A stretch of 64,000 nucleotides of DNA from an uncultured Clostridia bacterium (lineage in GTDB: Bacteria > Bacillota > Clostridia > Oscillospirales > Oscillospiraceae), in contig CAMCDX010000002.1 of NCBI GenBank assembly GCA_945873695.1, forward strand, positions 7,790 through 71,789. Direction: 5' to 3'. The position numbers and the translations under genes are program-made. The notes under the pieces were generated by a model. The model made no database searches. It saw nothing but the letters and a program-made list of their open reading frames with translations, and was not told the origin of the DNA. How positions within the stretch are numbered: the stretch's first letter is position 1; each line of letters begins with the position of its first letter. Below are positions 40,347-51,967 of this stretch, piece after piece.

Positions 40347-41243
40347 TTACATGTACTCCCGCAGCTTTTCGATGTGCGCGTCGATGCGCTTCATCTCATC
40401 GGCGGTGATGGGCTCGGTGGGCTGGCAGACCCGCTTGTCCACAAAGCCCAGCTTGCTCATGGCGTATTTGGTGGAAGCGGTCTGGCTCTTGGCCATGGGA
40501 TAGAGCTTACAGATCTCATCCACGATGGCGCCCCACTTGATGGCGTTCTCGATATCGCCGGCCTTGCCGTACTCATACAGCTTGAGGTGGGCCTTGGGGA
40601 ACAGCGGCGCCAGGGAGGGGATGTAGCCGTCGGCGCCCATCAGCATGCTGGGCACGGCCAGGTTGGTGGAGCCCTGGTGCACCAGGAAATCGGTGCCCCG
40701 GAAGTAGTTCAGCAGCTTGATAAAAGCGGGGAAGTTGCCGGAGGTGTCCTTGACGCCGATGACCTTGTCGATCTTGGAGATATTGATGATGGTTTCGGCG
40801 GTCAGGTTCTGGCCGGTGAAGGGAGGAATGTTGTAGATCATCAGATCGGCGCTGGTGTGCTTGCTGATCTCCTCGAAGTGGCGGACCGTCTCCTCCTGGG
40901 TGGCGTGGCGGGCGTAGAACACCGGCGTGACCACGGCGGTCTTGCCGCCCATATCCTCCAGACGCTTGATGTTCTCAATGACGCGCTGGGTGCTGGAGTC
41001 CATGCAGCCGGCGATCACAGGGACACGGCCGGCGCATTCGTCCAGGGCGATTTTGATGGCCCGGTCCCGCTGCTCCTGGGTCAGGGACATGCACTCGCCG
41101 TTGGAGCCGCAGACGAAGATGCCGTGGATGCCGTGCTCAATGCAGTGGTCGATCAGCTGGCGAAGACCTTTTTCGTCGACCTTTTCGTACTCGTCAATGG
41201 GGGTAATGATTGGCGGAATGACACCGATGATTTCCTTACTCAT
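40347..41243 (-). CDS. Second DapA/NanA-family aldolase or dehydratase
   Basis: GSNGE, YNIPPFTG, KDTSG; ATG at 41243 after AAGGAG. Confidence 0.88.
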   Translation of the reverse strand: MSKEIIGVIPPIITPIDEYEKVDEKGLRQLIDHCIEHGIHGIFVCGSNGECMSLTQEQRDRAIKIALDECAGRVPVIAGCMDSSTQRVIENIKRLEDMGGKTAVVTPVFYARHATQEETVRHFEEISKHTSADLMIYNIPPFTGQNLTAETIINISKIDKVIGVKDTSGNFPAFIKLLNYFRGTDFLVHQGSTNLAVPSMLMGADGYIPSLAPLFPKAHLKLYEYGKAGDIENAIKWGAIVDEICKLYPMAKSQTASTKYAMSKLGFVDKRVCQPTEPITADEMKRIDAHIEKLREYM

Positions 41244-41591
41244 AAATATCACAACTCCTTTTTGATAGGCGGCCTTTGGCCGCGGAGGTTCCTGATAGGT
41301 GTAGTATACCGCCTGGAGAGAGAAAAGTATTTTCACAAAGCAACGCCTGGTTTGTACTTTTCAACGGTGGCGCGGGGATGGCCGGGCTAAAAGACCCACC
41401 AGGAGCGGCAGTCGTGGAAAAGATACGTTTATCGGTGAAAAAGACAAATACAAACGGCGGCAGATTCTGCTATACTGCTTTTGAAAGCAGAAAAATAGCC
41501 CCATATTTTCGGATTGAAAAGGGGAGGGGCCGGAAACGGGGAAAACGTCTCTCTTGGACGGAGCCGTTGAAAAATATAAGGAGGAATCACC

Positions 41592-41981
41592 ATGGATTTT
41601 GTGAGGAGAGAAGATATCAGAAAAAATGAACTGCCCGGGAGGGTGGTACAAAACGCCGTTGGACGCAGCAGCGCGGTAGCCAGCGAAAAAATGACCGTCA
41701 GCTTCTGCCGGTACAGCGCGGAGAGCGGCCCCATGGCCCCCCACAACCACGCGGAGGAATCCGTGGTGGTCCTGGCCTGCAAGGACGCCTTCGTCCGCTG
41801 GGGTTCCGGCCCCGACAGCCTGGAGCACACCGTTTCTCTCCGCCCCGGTGACCTGATGCATTTCCCCGAACTGGAGTGGCATGTGTTCGGCTATGAGGAG
41901 GGCGGCTTCCTGGACGCCCTGTGCATCTACGGCCAGGTGACGAACATCCGGCCGGAGGAGATCCAGCGGGAACAGAAGTGA
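41592..41981 (+). CDS. Cupin domain protein
   Basis: PHNHAEE and FPELEWH; AGGAGG RBS. Confidence 0.78.
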   Translation: MDFVRREDIRKNELPGRVVQNAVGRSSAVASEKMTVSFCRYSAESGPMAPHNHAEESVVVLACKDAFVRWGSGPDSLEHTVSLRPGDLMHFPELEWHVFGYEEGGFLDALCIYGQVTNIRPEEIQREQK

Positions 41982-42004
41982 TCTCAGGGAAGGGGAGAAA
42001 GTCG

Positions 42005-43444
42005 ATGCGGAATGTTTCCATCATGCCGGCGGCGCTGGCGGATCAGATCCCGCTGCCGGACCCGGAGCGGGTGGCCCGGGAGCTGGCGGATGCCCGGCGG
42101 GGCTTCGGGCGGAAGATCGTGGTACTGGACGACGATCCCACCGGAGTGCAGACGGTCCACGAGGTCCCGGTCTACACGGACTGGCGGCAGGAGACGCTGG
42201 CCCGGGGACTGGCCGAGCCGGGAGCTATGTTTTTCGTGCTGACCAATTCCCGTGGCTTTACCGTGGAGGAAACGGAAAAAGCCCACCGGGAGATCGCCGA
42301 GCGTCTGGCGGCTGCCTCCCGGGAGACAGGTGTACCGTTTTTGCTGGTCAGCCGGGGAGATTCCACTCTGCGGGGACACTATCCCCTGGAGACAGAGGTG
42401 CTGCGGCAGACCCTGGAGCAGCGGCTGCCGGTCCGGTATGACGGCGAGATCATCATGCCCTACTTCAAAGAGGGCGGCCGGCTGACCATCGGCAATGTCC
42501 ACTATGTGAAGAGCGGCGACCAGCTGGTCCCGGCCGGCATGACGGAGTTCGCCAGAGATACGACGTTCGCCTATTCCGCCTCCGACCTGACGGACTGGTG
42601 CGAGGAGCGCACCGGAGGCCGCTGTCCCGCCGACGGGGTGACGGTCATCTCCCTGGAGGAGCTGCGGGGCCTGGCGTACGGGAGCATGCTGCAAAAGATG
42701 ACGGCGGTGCGGGATTTCGGCAAGATCGTGGTCAACGCCGCCGATGACCGGGACGTGGAGGTCTTCGTCACGGTGCTGCTGCGGGCCATCGCGGCGGGAA
42801 AGGAATTCCTGTTCCGCTGCGCGGCAGGTCTGGTGCGGGTCCTGGGAGGCGTGAATCGCCGCCCGCTGCTGACCAGGGCAGAGCTCCGGCCGGAGAAAAG
42901 CGGACTGGGCGGCCTGGTGATCGTGGGCTCCCATGTGAAAAAGACCACGGACCAGTTGGAGTGTCTGCTGTCCGCGGGACTGGCCCTGCATCCGGTGTGC
43001 TTTGACGTGGAGACCGTCCTGACAGAAGGCGGTTTGGAACGGGAACGTGACCGGGTGCTCCGGGAGGCGGAGGAAGCCATCCGAAACGGAGAGACAGCGG
43101 TGGTCTATACCAGCCGCAAAGTGCTGCGGGCGCGGGAGGACAGCGCCCAGGAAAATCTGGACCTCAGCGTGCGCATCTCCCAGGCGCTGACCTCGGTGGC
43201 GGCAAAGCTGACGGTCCGGCCGGGCTTCCTGGTGGCCAAGGGCGGCATCACGTCCAGCGACGTGGGCGTTCGGGCCCTGGGCGTGCGCCGGGCCTGGGTT
43301 CTGGGCCAGGCGGCCCCCGGCGTGCCGGTGTGGCGCACAGGAGAGGAGAGCAAATTCCCGGGACTGGCCTATGTGATCTTTCCGGGGAATGTGGGCGGCG
43401 TGAATACGCTGCGGGATGTGGTGCAGAGAATGATGGAGCCGTGA
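42005..43444 (+). CDS. Second DUF1537 acid-sugar kinase (different subtype)
   Basis: LDDDPTGVQT, RGDSTLRGH, KGGITSSD, FPGNVG. Confidence 0.88.
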   Translation: MRNVSIMPAALADQIPLPDPERVARELADARRGFGRKIVVLDDDPTGVQTVHEVPVYTDWRQETLARGLAEPGAMFFVLTNSRGFTVEETEKAHREIAERLAAASRETGVPFLLVSRGDSTLRGHYPLETEVLRQTLEQRLPVRYDGEIIMPYFKEGGRLTIGNVHYVKSGDQLVPAGMTEFARDTTFAYSASDLTDWCEERTGGRCPADGVTVISLEELRGLAYGSMLQKMTAVRDFGKIVVNAADDRDVEVFVTVLLRAIAAGKEFLFRCAAGLVRVLGGVNRRPLLTRAELRPEKSGLGGLVIVGSHVKKTTDQLECLLSAGLALHPVCFDVETVLTEGGLERERDRVLREAEEAIRNGETAVVYTSRKVLRAREDSAQENLDLSVRISQALTSVAAKLTVRPGFLVAKGGITSSDVGVRALGVRRAWVLGQAAPGVPVWRTGEESKFPGLAYVIFPGNVGGVNTLRDVVQRMMEP

Positions 43445-43460
43445 AAGGAGGCGGCGCGGC

Positions 43461-44345
43461 ATGCGGAATCAGGTGATCGTTCACCGCGTTGTCAAGAATG
43501 GCAAGCGAAGCGGGCAGTACATTGAGCCTCACAGCCATGTGTTTTTCCATTACATCTATTCCCTGGGAGGCCATACCCGGGTGACCCTGGAGGAGCAGGT
43601 CTATGAAACGGAGCAGGGGAGCCTGGTGCTGATACCCCCGGAAACGGTACACAGCATCACCAGCCTGGATACCTCCTGCTGCCTGGACCTGAAATTTTCC
43701 TGCTCGGACGCCCTGGCCGCCCAGATCACCGGCCTGCCCCGCTATCTCCGGGCGGTGGATGATCACGCCAACAGCCTGATCCGCAACATTTTTGAGGAAG
43801 CGGTGGGCCAGGAGCGGGACTACGATGAGATCATCAACATCCGGCTGTACGAGTTGCTGATCCTGCTGCTGCGGCAGCAGAGCGGCGGAGAAACGGGCCA
43901 GGCCTCGGTGTGCTACTCCGTGAGCGCCCCGGACCACGAGAACATCCGCCAGGCACTGCGGATCGTGGAGGAGGAGCTGGAGACGCCTGTCCGGGTGGCG
44001 GACCTGGCGGAGCGGTGCGGATACAGCGAAAACTATTTCCGCCAGGTGTTCCGTGAGAGCGTGGGGATGGCCCCCAACGCCTATATCAACCAGCGGAAGA
44101 TCTCAAGGGCGAAGGAACTGATGCTCTACTCCGAGCGGAATGTGACGCAGATCGCGGAGCAGCTGGGGTATCAGAGCATCCATTATTTCAGCCGCCTGTT
44201 TAAAAAAGTGACCGGCATCACCCCCACGGACTATATCAGCCGGGTCAAGGACAACCGGCCCATCAATGTCATCCATAACGCCAACACCCCCCGGGGAGAG
44301 TTTGAGATCCCGGTGCGGGATATGGCGCCGGAGGAATCGGAATGA
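43461..44345 (+). CDS. AraC family regulator with cupin sensor
   Basis: PHSH; IAEQLGYQSIHYFSRLFKKVTGITPTDY. Confidence 0.92.
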   Translation: MRNQVIVHRVVKNGKRSGQYIEPHSHVFFHYIYSLGGHTRVTLEEQVYETEQGSLVLIPPETVHSITSLDTSCCLDLKFSCSDALAAQITGLPRYLRAVDDHANSLIRNIFEEAVGQERDYDEIINIRLYELLILLLRQQSGGETGQASVCYSVSAPDHENIRQALRIVEEELETPVRVADLAERCGYSENYFRQVFRESVGMAPNAYINQRKISRAKELMLYSERNVTQIAEQLGYQSIHYFSRLFKKVTGITPTDYISRVKDNRPINVIHNANTPRGEFEIPVRDMAPEESE

Positions 44346-44372
44346 TCCCGCTTCGAGAAGCTCCACATAAAA

Positions 44373-44400
44373 AAGGCGGCTGCCGTTTGGCAGCCGCCTT
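44373..44400. terminator. Terminator between convergent genes
   Basis: AAGGCGGCTGCC/GGCAGCCGCCTT. Confidence 0.7.
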
Positions 44401-44416
44401 GAAATATGCCGGGGGA

Positions 44417-45640
44417 TTACTTGCTGGTTTTCTTGCTCTCCCACTTGGTGACACACAGAGAGCAGGCGATGTCGCCGGTGACGTTCAGGCAGGTACGGCC
44501 CATGTCGAACAGGCGGTCCACACCGTAGATGATCATGATCAGGTTCACGTCGATACCCATGGCGGTCAGCACCATGGCCAGCATGATCATGCCGGCGCCG
44601 GAGACGCCCGCGGTGCCGATGGAGGCCAGGGTGGCAGTGACGACGATGGTGATCATCTGGCCGATGGTCAGATGCATGCCGGCGCAGGTGGCCAGGAACA
44701 CGGTGGCCACGCACTGGTAGATGGCGGTGCCGTCCATGTTGATGGTGGAGCCCAAAGGCAGCACGAAGGCGGCGATGTCGTCCTCGGCACCCAGCTCATG
44801 AGCGCACTCCTTGGAAACAGGCAGAGTGGCGGCAGAGGAGGTGGAGGTGAAGGCGAACATCATGGCGGCGAAGGCGCCCTTGAAGAACTTCAGGGGGCTC
44901 ACGTCGGCAAAGACCTTGGCGGAGAAGGAATACACCAGAATAGCGTGGAGGATGTAGGCGATGTAGGCGCACAGCAGCACCAGGGCCAGAGAGCCCAGAA
45001 TCTGAGCGCCCTGGGTAGCCACCACCCAGGCCATCATGGTGAACACACCGATGGGGCTCAGGCTGATAATGAAGGCCATCAGACGGTTGATGACCTCGTT
45101 GAAGGAGGACACGATGTCACGGCACAGCTTGCCCTTCTCGCCGGCAGCCATGATGGCGCCGCCGAAGAACAGGGCGATGACGATGACCTGCAGCATGTTG
45201 GCCTTCACAAAGGCATCCCACATATTGCTGGGGAAGATGCCCACCAGGGTGTCCATGAAGTTGGCGCTGGTGGCCTTCTCCCACACGGCACCCTCTTCCA
45301 GAGCCAGGGTGGGGAACAGGCCGGCACCGTTGAAGATGTTGGCCATCACCAGACCGATGACACAGGCCACGGCGGTGGTGCACAGGAAGAACGCCACGGT
45401 CTTCCAGCCCACAGCGCCCACCTTCTTCATGTCATCCATGGACAGGATGCCGTCGATCATGGAGAACAGCACTACGGGGACCACAATGAACTTCAGCAGG
45501 TTGACAAAGATGGTACCAAAGGGTTTCAGGTAATTGGCGGTAAAGTCGGCCGTGCCGGTAAAATAGCAGATCAGGCCGACGATGACGCCCAGGACCAGGG
45601 CAAGCAGGATCTGCATGGGGAGACTCATTTTTTTCTTCAT
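44417..45640 (-). CDS. Dicarboxylate/amino acid:cation symporter (DAACS)
   Basis: TSSAATLP, INMDGT, DRLFDMGRT.LNV.GD. Confidence 0.93.
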   Translation of the reverse strand: MKKKMSLPMQILLALVLGVIVGLICYFTGTADFTANYLKPFGTIFVNLLKFIVVPVVLFSMIDGILSMDDMKKVGAVGWKTVAFFLCTTAVACVIGLVMANIFNGAGLFPTLALEEGAVWEKATSANFMDTLVGIFPSNMWDAFVKANMLQVIVIALFFGGAIMAAGEKGKLCRDIVSSFNEVINRLMAFIISLSPIGVFTMMAWVVATQGAQILGSLALVLLCAYIAYILHAILVYSFSAKVFADVSPLKFFKGAFAAMMFAFTSTSSAATLPVSKECAHELGAEDDIAAFVLPLGSTINMDGTAIYQCVATVFLATCAGMHLTIGQMITIVVTATLASIGTAGVSGAGMIMLAMVLTAMGIDVNLIMIIYGVDRLFDMGRTCLNVTGDIACSLCVTKWESKKTSK

Positions 45641-45843
45641 ACACTCACCTCATAATCAATTTCTCTCTCACACTTTCTCGGCCGGAAGAGCCATTTCCCC
45701 AAACAGACACCTCCGGCGCTGCCTTTATTATACCGGGGATCAGGCCGGATGTAAAGAAAAAAAGGAAATCCGTGGCAAAAGTGCCATAGAAAAATACCCA
45801 GACAGGCCGATCGGCCTGTCCGGGCGCTGAAGATATAAGGCTT

Positions 45844-46548
45844 TCAAGGCCGCACACTGTATCCACAGAAGCGGATGGCGGCCCTGGCCAGTTCCTCCGT
45901 GGGGTCCACGGTGGGAACGTCCAGTGCCAGGGCCTGAGCGGCCAGGGGCAGCTCCGTGCAGCCCAGGATGAAATGATCCGCGCCCTGGGCGGTGAGGGAC
46001 CTCACGACGGCTTCCATGTCCGCCCGATAGTTCTCCGGCCCCTTTCCGGCCTTCACACCGTCGTAGATGACCCGCATCAGGGCGTCTTGCTCCGTTTCGT
46101 CAGGCAGGAGAAAGGGGACCCCCGCTTTTTTCAGGACTGCCTGATACAGCCCGGCGGATAAAGTGCCTTTGGTTGCCAGTACGGCGGCGGTCCCGCCGGG
46201 AAAGCGCTGCCGGCAGCTTGCGGCGGTGGCTTCCAGCATGTTGAGGAAGGGCACTTCTGTCAGGGCCTGGAGCCGGGGCAGGAAGTAGTGGGCAGTGTTG
46301 CAGGGCATGACGATGCAGTCCGCGCCGCAGGCCTCCAGCTTTCGGAGAGAGTCCGTCATGGCCGGCAGGGGGTCGGCGCCGCCGGAGAGAATGGCCGCGG
46401 TGCGGTCGGGGATGGAGGGGTTGTCATCGATATAGACGCGGATGTGGTCGCTGTCCCGGGCGGCGTCCGTCAGCAGGACGATCTTGCGGAACAGATCCGC
46501 CGTGGCCAGGGGCCCCATACCGCCCAGGATTCCGATACTCTTTTTCAT
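45844..46548 (-). CDS. Aspartate/glutamate racemase family protein
   Basis: GGMGPLAT, PCNTAH, LGCTELP. Confidence 0.92.
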   Translation of the reverse strand: MKKSIGILGGMGPLATADLFRKIVLLTDAARDSDHIRVYIDDNPSIPDRTAAILSGGADPLPAMTDSLRKLEACGADCIVMPCNTAHYFLPRLQALTEVPFLNMLEATAASCRQRFPGGTAAVLATKGTLSAGLYQAVLKKAGVPFLLPDETEQDALMRVIYDGVKAGKGPENYRADMEAVVRSLTAQGADHFILGCTELPLAAQALALDVPTVDPTEELARAAIRFCGYSVRP

Positions 46549-46558
46549 AAAGCTCACC

Positions 46559-47383
46559 TCAGCTCCAGAATTCCGGGAACAGCAGCTCGCTGCCCACCTT
46601 GACGGTCAGCAGGATCAGCACGATGATGACGGTAGGGCGGACGATCCTGCTGCCGTTCTTGATGGCCAGGCCGGCGCCGATATAGTGGCCGGCGATGGAA
46701 GCCACCGCGGCGATGAGTCCCACACCGATGAGCACCTTGCCGGCCATCAGGGCGGTGATGAGGCTGCCGATGTTGGAGGACAGGTTGATGACCTTCACAC
46801 CGCCGGCGGCGTGGCGGGTGTCCATCTTGGCCAGCCGGATGAAGATCAGCATCAGGAAGGTGCCGGTGCCGGGACCGTAGTACCCGTCATAGGCGCCGAT
46901 GACCAGAGCGCCGGCCCAGACGATGGCCGCCTGCTTTTTGAAGTCGATCTCTCCCGGCTCATCAGGCCACTCCCGGTTCCGCAGGGTGACGAAGGCCACG
47001 ATGGGCAATACTACCAGCAGCAGATATTTCAGCACCTTGTCCGGGGTGTGGAGCTGGAGCCAGGTGCCGCCCATGGAGCCCAGCAGCGCCAGGACGATAG
47101 AGGGGGCGAACAGCCGCCAGTTCACATAGCCGTTCTTGATGAACCGGGCAGTGGAGAACACCGTGCCGATGCCGGCGGAGAGCTTGTTGGTGCCCAGGGC
47201 GTAATAAGTGGGCAGGCCGGTGAAGGCGATGAGGTAGGTGGGCACGGAGATGATGCCGCCGCCGCCGGCAATGGCGTCCATAAAGGACGCCAGGAACACG
47301 CCCGCGCAGATCAGCAATACCACCCACAGGGCGAAGCCGTCCACCCGCACGTCAGTAAACAGGGAGATAAAGCCGCTTGTCAT
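46559..47383 (-). CDS. TSUP (TauE/SafE) family transporter
   Basis: DAIAGGGGIIS, GTNK, YDGYYGPGTGTF. Confidence 0.88.
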   Translation of the reverse strand: MTSGFISLFTDVRVDGFALWVVLLICAGVFLASFMDAIAGGGGIISVPTYLIAFTGLPTYYALGTNKLSAGIGTVFSTARFIKNGYVNWRLFAPSIVLALLGSMGGTWLQLHTPDKVLKYLLLVVLPIVAFVTLRNREWPDEPGEIDFKKQAAIVWAGALVIGAYDGYYGPGTGTFLMLIFIRLAKMDTRHAAGGVKVINLSSNIGSLITALMAGKVLIGVGLIAAVASIAGHYIGAGLAIKNGSRIVRPTVIIVLILLTVKVGSELLFPEFWS

Positions 47384-47619
47384 TGAGAGATCCTCCTGAT
47401 ACGGTCACACAAAATCTCTTTTATTTTAACAGGCGGCGGCGTCAAAATCAATAGCGCCCCCGGGGAACCGGGCGAATACAGGAGAACCCTGGGGAATTTA
47501 TAAAAATTTGAAAAAATATTGGCGGGGGTTGCCAAAGATGCACAGAAAATATGGTGATAATGGCGAAGAATACGGCAATTTCCACTAAATTATGAATCCG
47601 TTTTTCGACAGGACCGTTC

Positions 47620-47648
47620 TTGACGGTATTTTCCGCAGGAAGTATAAT
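47620..47648 (+). promoter_or_regulatory. Sigma-A promoter of glg operon
   Basis: TTGACG-17-TATAAT. Confidence 0.7.
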
Positions 47649-47733
47649 AAGATTGCAAAAAACTGAAAGAGAGAAAAAGAAAAATCTGAAACGCACCCGC
47701 CGTTTTTGCTGGGCGGGGAGAGGAGCTGCTACC

Positions 47734-49656
47734 ATGGCAAAAAACGAAGAGATGAAGCGCTTCCATGAGGGAACCCTCACGGATGGCTGGCACTGGTTTG
47801 GCGCCCACCCAACGGAAAAACGCGGAAAAGCGGGCTGGACCTTCCGGGTCTGGGCTCCCCATGCCGCAAGTGTTTCCGTGGTGGGCGATTTTAATCAGTG
47901 GGACACGGCGGCGCATCCCATGACCCGCAAGGGCGAGATCTGGGAGTGCTTCATCCCGGGCCTTTCCGATTATACGGCGTACAAGTACGCCGTCCGGGGC
48001 ACGGACGGCCGGGACCGGATGAAGGCGGACCCCTACGGCTTCCACACGGAGACCCGCCCCGCCACCGCCAGCAAGCTGTATGACATCGGCGGCTTCCGGT
48101 GGAGCGACGGCGCCTTTCGGGAAAAACAGCGGAAGCATCCGGTATACGATTCCCCGCTGAACATTTACGAGGTCCATCTGGGCTCCTGGAAAAAGCGGGA
48201 CAACGGAGATTTCATTGATTACAAGGACTTGGCCAGGGATCTGGCCGCCTATGTGAAGGACATGGGCTATACCGCCATCGAGCTGCTGCCGGTGACGGAG
48301 CACCCCCTGGATGATTCCTGGGGCTATCAGTGTACGGGGTATTTCGCCCCCACCTCCCGGTTCGGCACCCCCAAGGATTTCATGTGGTTTGTCAACCACA
48401 TGCACAAAAACGGAATCTCCGTCATCCTGGACTGGGTGCCCGCCCACTTCTGCAAGGACGCCCAGGGCCTGTACGAGTTTGACGGCACCTGCTGTTATGA
48501 ATACAGCGACCCCAACAAGTGGGAGCATGCCGGCTGGGGCACTCGGGTCTTCGACTACGGCCGGCCGGAGGTGAAGAGCTTCCTGCTGTCCTCCGCCCGC
48601 TTCTGGCTGGAGGAATACCACATCGACGGCTTGCGGGTGGACGCCGTAGCGTCCATGCTGTATCTGGACTATGACCGCCAGGGCGGCGCCTGGACCCCCA
48701 ACAAATACGGCGGACACGAGAACCTGGAGGCCATCGACTTCCTGCGGGAGCTGAACGCCATGGCCTTCTCCGTCAATCCCGGCGTGCTGATGGTGGCGGA
48801 GGAGTCCACCGCCTGGCCCCTGGTGACCCGGCCCGCCGACGTGGGCGGCCTGGGCTTCAACCTGAAGTGGAACATGGGCTGGATGAACGACATGTGCCAC
48901 TACCTGAAGATGGACCCCTGGTTCCGCCAGGACCACCACCGGGATATCACCTTCTCCATGATGTACGCCTTTTCGGAGAACTACGTGCTGCCCATCTCCC
49001 ACGACGAGGTGGTCCACATGAAGGGCTCCGTGGTGGGGAAGATGCCCGGCGACTACGTGAACCAGTTGCGCTGCACCCGCGGATTCTACGCCTACCTGCT
49101 GGCTCACCCCGGTAAGAAGCTGCTGTTCATGGGCGCGGAGCTGGGCCAGTGGCACGAGTGGGATTCGGACAACCAGCTGGACTGGTATCTGCTGGACAAG
49201 CCGGACAACCAGAAGCTCCACCGGTTCTTCAAGGAGATCAACGCTTTCTACAAAAAGGAAAAAGCCCTCTGGGAGATCGACTTCAGCTGGGAGGGCTTCG
49301 AGTGGCTGGTGCCGGACGACAACCACAACAATGTGGTGGTCTTCCTGCGCAAGGACAAGAAGGGCCGCGACCTGATGTGCGCGGTGAACTTCTCGCCCAA
49401 TACATATGTGGATTACCGGATCGGCGTGCCGAACCACAGACGGTACGTGCCGGTGTTCAATACCGACGACCCGGCATACGGCGGCGACGGCTTCGGCGAC
49501 ACCGAGCCCGTGAAGGTGGAGGCCATCCCCTCCCACGGCAAGGAGTACTCCGCGGCCATCCGTATCCCGTCCTTCGGCGCGGTATTCCTGAGGGGCGAGG
49601 GGACCCTCCCCAAGCCCAGAAGAAAAAAAGAGGCAAAGGAGCTGGAAAAACCATGA
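47734..49656 (+). CDS. glgB: 1,4-alpha-glucan branching enzyme
   Basis: [35 protein letters not shown]. Confidence 0.96.
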   Translation: MAKNEEMKRFHEGTLTDGWHWFGAHPTEKRGKAGWTFRVWAPHAASVSVVGDFNQWDTAAHPMTRKGEIWECFIPGLSDYTAYKYAVRGTDGRDRMKADPYGFHTETRPATASKLYDIGGFRWSDGAFREKQRKHPVYDSPLNIYEVHLGSWKKRDNGDFIDYKDLARDLAAYVKDMGYTAIELLPVTEHPLDDSWGYQCTGYFAPTSRFGTPKDFMWFVNHMHKNGISVILDWVPAHFCKDAQGLYEFDGTCCYEYSDPNKWEHAGWGTRVFDYGRPEVKSFLLSSARFWLEEYHIDGLRVDAVASMLYLDYDRQGGAWTPNKYGGHENLEAIDFLRELNAMAFSVNPGVLMVAEESTAWPLVTRPADVGGLGFNLKWNMGWMNDMCHYLKMDPWFRQDHHRDITFSMMYAFSENYVLPISHDEVVHMKGSVVGKMPGDYVNQLRCTRGFYAYLLAHPGKKLLFMGAELGQWHEWDSDNQLDWYLLDKPDNQKLHRFFKEINAFYKKEKALWEIDFSWEGFEWLVPDDNHNNVVVFLRKDKKGRDLMCAVNFSPNTYVDYRIGVPNHRRYVPVFNTDDPAYGGDGFGDTEPVKVEAIPSHGKEYSAAIRIPSFGAVFLRGEGTLPKPRRKKEAKELEKP

Positions 49657-50861
49657 AGAAAGAGTGCATCGCCATGCTGCTGGCCGGCGGCCAGGGCAGC
49701 CGGCTGTACGTCCTGACAGGGGACATGGCGAAGCCCGCCGTGCCCTTCGGCGGCAAGTACCGTATCATTGACTTCCCCCTTTCCAACTGCACCAATTCCG
49801 GCATTGATACCGTGGGTGTCCTGACCCAGTACCGTCCGCTGGAGCTGAACAGCTACATCGGCAGCGGCCAGCCCTGGGACCTGGACGGTTCCACCGGCGG
49901 CGTCCATATCCTGCCCCCCTATCAGGGCAGCAAGGGCGGCACCTGGTACAAGGGCACCGCCAACGCCATCTACCAGAATATCGGCTTCATCGACCTGTAT
50001 GACCCCGAGTACGTGGTGATCCTCTCCGGTGACCACATTTATAAGATGGACTACTCCAAGATGGTCAAGCGCCACGAGGAGGCAAACGCCGCCTGCACCA
50101 TCTCCGTCATGGAGGTGCCCTGGGACGAGGCCTCCCGCTTCGGCATCATGAGCGTGGACGGCGACGATATGATCACCGAATTCGCCGAAAAACCCAAGGA
50201 ACCCAAGAGCAACCTGGCCTCCATGGGCATCTACGTGTTCTCCTGGCAGGCCCTGCGGAAGTACCTGACCGAGGATGAGGCCAATCCCGACTCCGAAAAC
50301 GACTTCGGCAAGAACGTCATCCCCGCCATGCTGAATAACGGCGAGCGGATGGCCGCCTATCGGTTCGACGGCTATTGGAAGGACGTGGGCACCCTGGTCT
50401 CCCTGTGGGATGCCAACATGGACATGCTCTCTCCCGAGTCCGGCCTGGACCTGACCGATGAATCCTGGCCCATCTACGCCCGCTCCGTCAACGCACCCCC
50501 CACCTTCCTGGGGCGGAACGCCAAGGTGACCCACAGCGCGTTCAACCGCGGCAGTGACATCGACGGTGTGGTGGAAAACTCCGTCCTGTCTCCCAACGTG
50601 GTGGTGAGCGAGGGCGCCCGGGTCAGCTATTCCGTGCTGCTGCCCGGCACTGTGGTGGAGCCCGGCGCCGTGGTGGAATACGCCATCCTGGGCGAGGGCT
50701 GCCGCATCGGCCGTGACTGCCGCGTGGGCGGCACGCCGGAGGCCACGGCCCCGGCTCCCTGGGGCCTGACGGTCCTGGCTCCCGGCTGCGTCCTGGAGGA
50801 CGGCAAGCGGGTGGCTCCCGGCATTATGCTGAACCGCAACGGTGAGGAGGTGTCCAAATGA
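49653..50861 (+). CDS. glgC: Glucose-1-phosphate adenylyltransferase
   Basis: [32 protein letters not shown]. Confidence 0.96.
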   Translation: MKKECIAMLLAGGQGSRLYVLTGDMAKPAVPFGGKYRIIDFPLSNCTNSGIDTVGVLTQYRPLELNSYIGSGQPWDLDGSTGGVHILPPYQGSKGGTWYKGTANAIYQNIGFIDLYDPEYVVILSGDHIYKMDYSKMVKRHEEANAACTISVMEVPWDEASRFGIMSVDGDDMITEFAEKPKEPKSNLASMGIYVFSWQALRKYLTEDEANPDSENDFGKNVIPAMLNNGERMAAYRFDGYWKDVGTLVSLWDANMDMLSPESGLDLTDESWPIYARSVNAPPTFLGRNAKVTHSAFNRGSDIDGVVENSVLSPNVVVSEGARVSYSVLLPGTVVEPGAVVEYAILGEGCRIGRDCRVGGTPEATAPAPWGLTVLAPGCVLEDGKRVAPGIMLNRNGEEVSK

Positions 50862-51967
50862 ACGGCATGCATGGCATTATCTTTTCTTATGAAAAGCGCA
50901 ACGACCTGCGGGAGCTGGGCGAGATCCGCTCCTCCGCGTCCATCCCCTTCGGCGGCCGCTACCGGGCGGTGGACTTCGCCCTGTCCAACCTGGTGAACGC
51001 CGGTGTCACCGATGTGGGCGTGGTGCTCCATGGCCGGTATCAGAGCATGCTGGACCACCTGGGCACCGGCAAGGTCTGGGACCTGAGCCGCAAGCGGGGC
51101 GGCCTGCGGATGCTGCCTCCCTTCAACTACCAGGAAAACTGGGGCGTGATGCCCTTCCGGGGCAAGATCGAGGCTCTGGCGGGTGTCCGAACCTATCTGG
51201 ACGAGATCCGGCAGGACTATGTGGCCCTGATGGACGGCGACCTGGTGGTGAACCTGCCCATGACCGACATCTATGAAAGCCATGTCAAGTCCGGCGCGGA
51301 CATCACGGTGGTCTGCGGCAACGACAGCTTCGCCACCGACAACGGCACGTACTTCGAGATGAACCGCGAGGGCCGTGTCACCGATGTGCTGTATAATCTT
51401 CACACGCCCCGGGGCTACCGGGGGCTGGAGGTCTACATTCTCTCCAAGAAGCTCCTGTGCGAGATCGTGGACGAGTGCACCGCCAAGGACCAGTTCAGCT
51501 GGCGGAAGGCGCTGCAGATGCGAAAGGACACCCTGTACCTGCGCAGCTACATCTGGGGCGGCTTCGCGGCCCAGATCCGCTCCGTCCAGGAGTACTATGA
51601 CCGCAGCATGCAGCTGCTGGACCCCGCCATCCGGGCGGAGTTGTTCACCCCGGAGCGGCCCATCCGGGCCAAGGGCGCGGATAAGCCCTCCACCTACATC
51701 GGCCCCAACGGTGTGTGCCTGAACTCTTTGGTGGCCGATGGCTGCCGGATCGAGGGCACTGTGGAGAACTCCATCCTGTTCCCCGGCGTCGTGGTGGAGG
51801 CCGGCGCGGCGGTCCGCAACTGCGTCCTGTTCAAGGAGGTCATCGTCCGCCGCGACGCGGAGATGGCCCACATCATCGCCGACAAGGACGTGGAGGTCCT
51901 GGAGGGCCGGACTCTGATGGGTCACTCCAGCTATCCCATCGTCCTGGAGAAAGGCAGCGTCGTTTGA
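50858..51967 (+). CDS. glgD: ADP-glucose pyrophosphorylase subunit GlgD
   Basis: GlgC paralog lacking GG.GSRL; ATGA-coupled to glgC. Confidence 0.92.
   Translation: MNGMHGIIFSYEKRNDLRELGEIRSSASIPFGGRYRAVDFALSNLVNAGVTDVGVVLHGRYQSMLDHLGTGKVWDLSRKRGGLRMLPPFNYQENWGVMPFRGKIEALAGVRTYLDEIRQDYVALMDGDLVVNLPMTDIYESHVKSGADITVVCGNDSFATDNGTYFEMNREGRVTDVLYNLHTPRGYRGLEVYILSKKLLCEIVDECTAKDQFSWRKALQMRKDTLYLRSYIWGGFAAQIRSVQEYYDRSMQLLDPAIRAELFTPERPIRAKGADKPSTYIGPNGVCLNSLVADGCRIEGTVENSILFPGVVVEAGAAVRNCVLFKEVIVRRDAEMAHIIADKDVEVLEGRTLMGHSSYPIVLEKGSVV

Noticed and set aside
24118-44345. Catabolic cluster as an integrative mobile island
   Set aside because: No integrase, transposase, tRNA or flanking direct repeats seen
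47600-47612. GTTTTTCGACAG resembling the MITE end
   Set aside because: Only about 11 bp match with no partner end; could be chance
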